This document shows, one piece after another, positions 56,201-64,000 of a stretch of 64,000 bases of DNA. A program made the translations under genes and the position numbers. The notes below the pieces were generated by a model, which worked only from the letters and a program-made list of their open reading frames with translations, ran no database searches and was not told where the DNA came from. The stretch spans positions 2,426,932-2,490,931 of the forward strand of contig NW_019091356.1 of assembly GCF_001949145.1 (NCBI RefSeq). Direction: 5' to 3'. The DNA is from Acanthaster planci (lineage: Eukaryota). How positions within the stretch are numbered: the stretch's first letter is position 1; each line of letters starts with the position of its first letter.

Positions 56201-59200
56201 CATTTTGATTAAATGTAGGTTTTATTATTCTTGCCTAATGTATCATAGGAGAAATGTCGAGAGGGTTTTTTTTTTCAGAAAAGTGATCAAAGAGCAAATG
56301 TTGTGCTACAATACCTTAACAGGTGGCTCATCTGCCTTGAAGGACCAGAGTACTCATCAGAAGGTTCCCTGGAAACTTAGACCGACGACGGAGATAGATT
56401 TGTAGCAGGAGGCGAGAATGGAGATTTGTAAGCTGGAGGCAATTGTTCAGACAAGCCTCACAGGGGGAGTGTCTTTGTAGGATTTTTTGTTCGTTTGGCT
56501 TGGACTGACAGGTTCGTGGCTGCTCTTCAACTCTCGCCCTGGCTGTAACCGGATCGGGCGGGTTCGTCATGGAAGGATGGATGGGCACGGGAGTTGATAA
56601 CCAACCCCTCATGGATGAGGTCTTTAAAGGGACAGTTAAAAACTGGTAGAGCAGCACAGCTCTCTTAAGAACATTTTCGTTAAAGTTTTGTTCATTCTAC
56701 TGTGCATAGTGTTTTGGAAAATGGCTCTCGGATGAAACAAACTGTTCATCAGTTACAGGCAGATGATACTACATGTACAGTGTAGTAGACAAGTTTTTCA
56801 TTGAATGTTACACATTCTTGCAGTGGTAAGAGGTAATAGGTGGAATGTTCCATTCTACAAGGTAGAGAGGTAACAGGTGGAATGTTCCACTTTACAAGGC
56901 AGAGAGGTAGCAGGTGGGATGTTCTATTCCATGAAGCAGAACTGGCTAGTAACGAGGCGGATCCTGGATGTGCTGTACAATGTGTGAAACACACTGTTCA
57001 ATAACTGAAAAGAGTTGATGTGAAACGTGCCCCATGAAAACAAAAACTTGTACATTTCCTCCCACTTTGGGAGCTTTCTTTCAGCTCATGCTCACACTGT
57101 CAGTGACCCGTGTTATTCAGAATACTCAGTCATGTGCCGTACTGTAGCTGTTTTGATCTCGATTATGTGATCGGACTTTAGAATGCTTCGAGAGTCAATA
57201 TTAGTGTGCCCCAGATTTGTCTCGTTGCTGCTTTGTAAACCAAACCCGCACTCGGCAGCAGTCAAGAATGAAGGGCATCCATGAGGCTGGAAATTAAGTC
57301 TTTAAAGGAGCGCTGGCAAGTGCAGAAGACTTACTGCTTCTGTTGCGCAGGCACTGTCTTGTTAGAAAAACCAAGAGCACACTGCTCCTTTAATTAATCA
57401 CTGATCAGAGGTTACAGATGTTCTTCTTGGCTCCTAATCAAGCAAGGTGAGAGCGTTCTGTCCCCTGAAGTCAAAGGATAAAAATCCGGGACGATGATGG
57501 CTTGTATACATGTAAGTATCGTGATACGTGGTAAATCCAGTTTTAGGGTGGATACAAGTTGGATGCATTTTTACCAGCAAAGAGAGCGATGAGATTTCTC
57601 ACAGTTTTGATGAGTGGAATTACATTTGCTGTCAGCTGGATAATCATAGAGAAAGCTTTGTGGTACAGTGTACATGCAAGATTGAAACAGCTCACAAGTT
57701 GCGCGCGGAAGCATTGATGCGCATTATTGTTGAATAATATATTCCCTCCAATTAGGATTTGAAGCAATCACATTATGGAGCCCCAGAAAAATGATCGCAT
57801 CTTTGCACTTTGAGGGCTGTTGGGAACAATGGTGCATACATACATGTATGTACATGCACACCTTTGTAATAGTTTGGAAGTAAAACTCCGTCAAAGTGGT
57901 TTCCTCATGAACTGATTGCTGGCAGAGCCAGATTCCAGCTTCATCAATTTTTCAAGGGGCAAGTGGTTCAGGAGTGCGTTTGTCATCAGATACTCACAAT
58001 GTGTCGTTATGAATATTGATGAGCTTCCGCAAGAAAAGGAGTAACGGGACACCGTCCCAGATACATTAATTGACAGCCCGGCGATGAAATAGTATCCGCG
58101 CATCGTCTCAGGGAACATATTTGTGAACATTAGCACAATGGAGTCTTCATCCTTCATTGTCTCAGCTTCAGTCCTTTGCGTTGCCCATCCGTCACCCAGC
58201 ACCCACTCTTCACCCTCTCCCAGGCCCCCCCCCAAATTCTACCACCCCAAGTGTGTTTAGCAGTCAGTGTAAATAATCGTGTCATCCCCGTTTAATCTCA
58301 GAACCCGAGCTCTCCATCACGCACGCTCAGCCAAACTCAATGCTTTTTTTTTTCCCGTGAATCATTTTTCGCCTCGAGTTCCACCCCAGGAGTGGACTGT
58401 ACTTTCCTCCTCCCCCGTGATCCTCAAACGATACTCATTCCCTCTACCCTTCCCTTCGCCTTCTCCCCCCCCCAACATCCATCCAACCATTAGTAATACG
58501 ATTACTCCCCTATATAAATGTCTGCATGAGCAAACCACAAAGAGTGCCTTTTTTCTGTTGGTGTGGGCGAACGTGCCCGCGCGTTAATTTCTGCCCCTTG
58601 TCCTTAATGTCTACTCGGGGGGAGGGGTAGATTATAGTGATCTTCAACAGCAATGTTTAAAGCAAAGCAAATTGTCTTCCAAATGATGGTAAGTGCTGTT
58701 AAGGACATTCACGGCCTGAGAGCGAAGTGGACTTCAGTATGTTGACCTGGCCCTCTCCCAGTGCTGCAAAATCCAACTAATGGTTTGGTCCTTTCCATAG
58801 GATTTAGCATAGTTCTGATACAGACCCCAGAAACCAGGACTGCACCAACATTCTCTTTTTATTTGAGCCCCCTCCCCCCCCAAAAAACAGGTCTCCTTAA
58901 AATGTTTTATGGGGATTCTTTTTGAGGTTTCGTCCAAATGTGAGTCGGTCACCTCAGCGGCTTCTTTCCCCTGACATTTGTTCGATTTTGTGTTGGAATG
59001 ACTCAACGGTGCTCATGAGGGGATGATGTGTGTTGGCTCTGATGACGGAACATGTAGGACTATATGGTTCCTCAATGCCGGAGGCATTGTTGAATCATAA
59101 AGTAGGTCACTAGAACAATAGAAAAAAACCTGTGTTCAACCTCAAAAATGTCATACTATGGTGTCACGAATTGTAGCTTGTCCAGCGTATCAGATGAAAC

Positions 59201-61710
59201 ATCTGTAAATGAGCTTCATTCAAAATAGGGGATGATGCTTGAGATCGAACTAAGTTACATACACCCCCCCCCAAAAAAAATTACTCCCAATATTGGAACA
59301 GAAAACAACTGTAGCATCTCTTCGTGTGATCTGATTTGGGTCCGATGAAGATCTTCTTCTACGTGTAGAAGTAGTCTGCGCGTACGTGTATGTATAAAAC
59401 AATAGGGACCTGTTATCATCCTCGTTTTCCCATTTGTTTTATCTGTTGCTGAAAGTGCCGAAGTGTTTGTGTGAAGTCGGAGTGAAGACAATCAGCCTGA
59501 TCAGGTGGTTCATCACAAAGAGCTTTTCACGGGAACTCTGCTTACAAATGAAATAGCGAGATACTTTTCTCCCCATTTCTATGCTTTGTTTTTGTTTGAA
59601 CTATAAACCACACACCATACATTTTTCACACTTCGCACCCGTGGGTGGATCTACTCGCTTGAACCTCGGGAGACAGTCTGTTAAAATATTCACCCTCTCT
59701 TATAACACTCACGTCCCCATCATCGCTGATACACCGCTAGATCTCTCACTGTTCCGGGAGCGGGAAAGCATCTGTCGGACTTGTGGCTCGGGAATTTTTT
59801 TTTCCATCCCATTGGCTGCCAGGTCGGCCGTGCAATAAAGGGATCGCCCGGTTTAATGAATTAAGGGGAATGGGTGAGGCTGACTCCTGCACAGCTCATG
59901 CAGGTCGAAGCACATGGTTCGAGCCAGACCCCTAAGCCCCCAGGCTAAATTTAACAGCAGCTTCCAAATCTATTAAGCACAGACTTTTTCCACTTACCAA
60001 AAAACACGACTACCAATTTCTTATGTCATGTGTTGCATATTGCTCGTCGCAGGTTGCCAACTACTGGTATTATTTGCTATTATTTAATTGTGCAAAACTG
60101 CTTGATAGTGTTTTTCTGCTTGCCAGCACCGTGAAATTAGATCCTGACTGGCTTTAACGGGTGGCAGAAAAACCCCTCAGCTCTGATTTTGTTCCTCATT
60201 GGTTCAGGTAGCCTGCAGTATCGCTTCTAATGCATCGTTTCCCAGCCCTGTGAAAAACTTGCATCCAGGAGCGGGCTTGTACTTTATCTGTGTTAAATAA
60301 ATATTTGACTAATAAACTAATAGTTTCAGGAAGGTATACATTGAAAGATTATTCTTCCGAGATTTTTTAACGTGACAAGTTACTTTATGTACCAGTGCAT
60401 AGCTTTTCATCTTTGATTTGGTATATAAAGATTGTCTAACAAGAAGCACATAAACAAGTCTATGTAAAAAAAAAAAGTCAGCAAAGCCTGTAATGCATTT
60501 TGTAAGGGACAAATCTGTTTCACTTTCACGACTGAATACAGAAATTGCCATTTGTGTCCTTATTCCCCATATACTCAAGCACTCCGCGCTTAACCAGACT
60601 TCACTAATAAGACATTGAAAAATTATGTGATCGCACTAACAAATCTTCCTCTTTTATTTGAAATCTCCAGACACGATTTGCTAGTCGTCTGCCGAGAACT
60701 GAACATGGAGGATGCTGTGCAGGACATCATGGAGCAGCTTGGGGCTGGAGAGACGGGCCGCATCTCCTGTGAGGAGTTCATCAGCTGCCAGCGCAAGCTC
60801 AAGGGAGAGATCAGCTCCCTGACCAAGCAGGACAGTGGGCTCTCCTCCCACCCGAGCCTCGGGGAGCTGGACGGCAAGCTGGAAGGGGAGGGGCAAGGCT
60901 CGGTGGGCATGGGCAGCGACCCCAACCTGCCCCGGGTGCTGAACAAATACGGCTCCTGGCCCAACAGCGACAACAGCCTAGGTAAACAGTTAGGGGGGAT
61001 TTCTAGACTACAGACTTAATGTAGACACAACATTTGCTTGCACCATTCTGTTATGAAGAAAATGTTTCTCCTACCAAAAATTACAAGTGTGTCTAAGTCT
61101 GTGATCTAGACCAGAAGATGTAAATGTCGCCCTCTGTTGACGGGGAACAGTTACAGACAAGCTCAGGAGAGTATTTGAAGTGATGATCCAAGGTTGTGCA
61201 AAAGTGCAACCGCTTGGTTTGCAAATCTTCCACCTGACGAGGGCAGATCCACAACCAAATTTTCATTAGGGGGGCAAAAATTAGCGAATTTTATTATTTA
61301 GCCTCATAAGCCCTTTCTGAGGAGCGAGGGGACATTCTGAGGCTTTTGCATGTGTCTGGGAAAAAAAGGGAAATTAAGTTATCCCCAAAAGTCTTTTGTC
61401 TCTCATTCTTTGTCAAAAGAATGGAGATGGACCCCACTTTGATCCGCCAATGCCATCAGAGATGTATCAGAAGGACCCAGTTTCTTCTGAGTGACCATGC
61501 TGAGTTTTGTCCACCCATCGGGTTTGACAGTGTGCGGATGATACGGTTTTTCTTTTCTCGACAGCGTCGTCAGCTGCCAGAGAGAGCTGGGAGAGGGACT
61601 CGGGAGCCAGGGACATGAGCCCCGAGCCGGGAGCCTTCCTTCAGAAGCTCATGGAGAGCGTCAACTCCTCATCCTCCGGAGGAGGAAACTTCCTGGAGCT
61701 TGCCAACACG
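41015..61710 (+). CDS. MCC: Colorectal mutant cancer protein (MCC) homologue, long EF-hand-containing form; 5' partial (3 exons), continues beyond the window
   Basis: Spliced product EEGRLRRLFHTCDSDGDGFIDGHDLLVVCRELNMEDAVQDIMEQLGA...SWPNSDNSLASSAARESWERDSGARD...GGNFLELANT closely follows the vertebrate MCC long-isoform N-terminus as I recall it (RRLFQTCDGDGDG...DLLMVCRQLNMEE...ARESWEYDSGARD...YLELANT); phases are compatible. Confidence 0.93.
41352..41658. mobile_element. PIF/Harbinger-like MITE with TAA TSD, 110 bp into MCC intron 1
   Basis: GGGCTGGTTCATACTCACTGC / GCAGCGAGTATGAACCGGCCT; TAA at 41349-41351 and 41659-41661. Confidence 0.82.
41901..42026. mobile_element. Short foldback MITE (arms about 33 bp, TA flanks)
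   Basis: TAACGTCCATGACAGTATAGTCACCAGGTCCCT / AGGGACCTGGCAACTATACCGTCATGGACATTA. Confidence 0.8.
44312..44700. repeat. Local tandem duplication, unit about 203 bp, 2 copies, rich in (TCAG/TCAA)n
   Basis: TGTAGCACACAG...TAACCCCTAAATCAGTCAGTC...TTAATTTGTCAATCA at 44312 and 44515. Confidence 0.9.
45256..45494 (-). mobile_element. MITE family C copy 3 (inverted)
   Basis: Reverse-complement match to 28085-28329. Confidence 0.88.
47131..47403 (-). mobile_element. MITE family C copy 4, divergent subfamily
   Basis: Internal homology (TTTGTTTGGCAGGTAATTTGCA); own TIR GGTCATTCTATAAATTTGG / CCAAATTTATAGAATGACC. Confidence 0.8.
52671..52915. mobile_element. MITE family D copy
   Basis: Imperfect TIR CAGGGGTCAATTCCATAGCACTG / CAGCTCTATGAAATTGGCCCTG; a further 3' fragment near 60100-60146. 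Confidence 0.7.
56829..56940. repeat. Minisatellite, 37-bp unit, 3 copies
   Basis: GAGGTA..AGGTGG.ATGTTC at 56830, 56867 and 56904. Confidence 0.85.
60671..60981 (+). CDS. MCC: MCC exon 2: end of EF-hand 1, EF-hand 2, linker
   Basis: ctccag| acceptor, G|GTAAAC donor; phase 2/1; GC-rich codons. Confidence 0.93.
61565..61710 (+). CDS. MCC: MCC exon 3 (ASSAARESWERDSGARD...LELANT)
   Basis: Strong polypyrimidine tract with acag|, ACG|GTAAGT donor; phase 1/0; this frame is not in the ORF track. Confidence 0.92.
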
Positions 61711-64000
61711 GTAAGTAGATCAGCTGCAGTTTGGTTTGGTTTTGATCTTGGCGCTGCGGAGCAGGGAGTTTTGGAGCTGTAATCAAGTCCATCACAGGTC
61801 ATCCAGTCTTCAGCCAAGTCGTGAGGAGCTCAAGTGAACTTTGACGGGGTTATTTTTTGTCATTGTTCACCGTGCTACTTGTGACTTGTCTTGTTACTGG
61901 ACCTGTGGAAGGATCTGTGACCGGTCATGTGATGGACTCGACTGCAGCTGTTGTTAAAGCTCTGTTGATCCTATCAATGTTCAACTTTTTTGTGCTACTA
62001 TATCACTTCAAATCTCGTTCTTTGGTCGGTTTGGATTACTTGATGTGATGTAGGCACACGCTCATATTGTTGGGTCCCAACAACTTTGCATCAGGATTGT
62101 ATTCGTTAGGTCTTGTCTGATGTGTAGAGTTGTGACTGTGGCTCTTTTGCAACACTGCCCTCTAGTGGCTTGTGTTGGACATGAGGTACCCATTCCAAAG
62201 GAAAGAATGCATTGTGTGACCATAGAGGGCAGTGCTCAGATTGCCCAATGTGATTTTCAAGATGACTGGAATCGCCGAGGTACCAATGTGACTGTTGCAT
62301 CGGTTTGTGTGGGAGTTATGATACAAGTACTCTCCAGCTCAAGAAGATTGATTGGCAAACACAGTGTGCCAGATGGGCTTTTAAACAATAAGAAAGTGTT
62401 CAACGGTGACTCATTCCCCTTTGATAAGAGTAGCTCTTGGCCAAGCTGCTTAGTATGTACATACTGAATTATTTTCTTGATTTCATTTACATTTAAATTT
62501 TACGGCTGAGCTCAATTTAATCTGCTTTCTTACTTGGGTAGGCCAGCAAGCCCAACGAAATTTCAAGACCTGTTTCCGGTCTTGCCGTCACATGTCCATT
62601 GCATAGTTAGCCCTGTTTTGATCTGAATACAGTGAGACACTCAGAACGTCTGGAATTCAGATTTCAATTGGGGAGCGAAAGAACTTCCTTCCCAAAACCA
62701 TTTACCGTAGTATCGATGTCCACTTCCAATAAAAAAAATGCCAGCAAAAATGGGACAAAATGATGAACCCGATGATAACGGGTTTAATATCACAAAATAT
62801 GGATCTCGTTGTTGTAAGCCAGACTGGCATCTTATTGCACCAGAGATTACGCTGACATAAATCAGTTAAATGATATTTGCCCCGCACATTACCAAGTTTA
62901 ACGGTTAACCAGCTACAGCCTAAATATTTACAGAGAAAGATGCCACAGGACCGGAGGATGATACTCTCCTTCCAGGTGTCGGATCTCAATCATCCCGGGC
63001 AAACCACGCGCCGTCACGTTCCCCAGTAATTTGCGGGAGGGGGGGGCTTACGGTGAAATTTCCTCCCGGGTAATCAAGATGTATAATGGGGCTAAACTGG
63101 GTCTCTTTAACCCCGACCCCGGGATAGTCACGCATTGAATGCCAAATGACAGAAGGCCGAGAGAGAGAGAGGTTGAGAAAGTGAAGAGACCACATTCCCC
63201 AAGGCATATGGCTTCAATAAATTTGGTTGAAAGGGTTGGTTACGCAGGCACATATGTCCTTGTCCTAGCATGCTTTCTTTGAGCTTGTCAGCAACAGATT
63301 CTAACAGATTTTTAACAAATCTTTATTTTTTTTTTCTGGTTGCCTCCTCGCCTGTCTGTCCATAGGTTAGGGTACCAAAGCATTTGCTTAACCTAACACC
63401 TAAATGTTGTCATTTTCTTTTGAATATTATGTAACCATGATAATATTAATGATATTTATATTTATCTGTGACAAATGTACATTTGTGTATACGTCTAATT
63501 TGTGTCCACAATGACAACGTTGAATAAATGCCCTTCTCTAATCTAATTATAAAATTGTGTTATCAAAAAAGGTCGGAAGGTCAGCAAGTATTGAACTTTT
63601 CACAAGCAGTGGGTACTTTACATGAAATTTTGTTTGGAAATTTCAAATTTCAGTGGTGTTTTTTTTTTCTTGGCAGGCGCTTCCTTAAAAGTAAACATTT
63701 AATCTCGTAAATATTGTAGCACACAGCAGCACTCATGTACTGTACACTTTTGCTCGTGCCAGTTCTCATACTCAGTTAACTATGGAAGGGCTGCGTAGCT
63801 CCGTGATCAGTATATTGACAGGAATATAATATAAAATCTGTGCTCTGGGATACCGAAAACTTGGCAATCACATATTCCAGAGCACTGATTTCATGTTATA
63901 TTCTTCTCATACTCATTTACTGTTTTTCTGGACTTGTACTTGAGGCAATGTACTTTGGTGTTGTCTCTGATGTCACTCTTTTAAGTCAATTCCGCCCGTG

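Overview
Eukaryotic (animal) genomic DNA, probably from a marine invertebrate; the taxon cannot be fixed from sequence alone. The window holds two divergently transcribed, intron-containing genes. (1) Minus strand, 1655-38447: a complete Caspr/Neurexin-IV (CNTNAP-family) cell-adhesion gene. I reconstructed it by hand as 23 phase-compatible coding exons, 3849 nt, 1282 aa: signal peptide, discoidin/FA58C, LamG, LamG, EGF, fibrinogen-like, LamG, EGF, LamG, Pro-rich stalk, TM, 4.1-binding motif, PDZ-binding C-terminus EWYI. Its signal-peptide exon lies 18.8 kb upstream of exon 2, and one intron is GC-AG. (2) Plus strand, from 41015: the first three coding exons of an MCC (mutated in colorectal cancer) homologue with the N-terminal EF-hand pair; the gene runs off the window. 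The start codons are about 2.6 kb apart, head to head, and both genes have first introns of about 19 kb. The introns carry several families of short non-autonomous inverted-repeat transposons (MITEs), tRNA-derived SINEs, minisatellites, local duplications and one 651-N assembly gap. No CRISPR, rRNA or intact autonomous transposon is evident. I found no clearly novel biological system; the findings are genome-structure observations, and most remaining ORFs in the supplied track are spurious.
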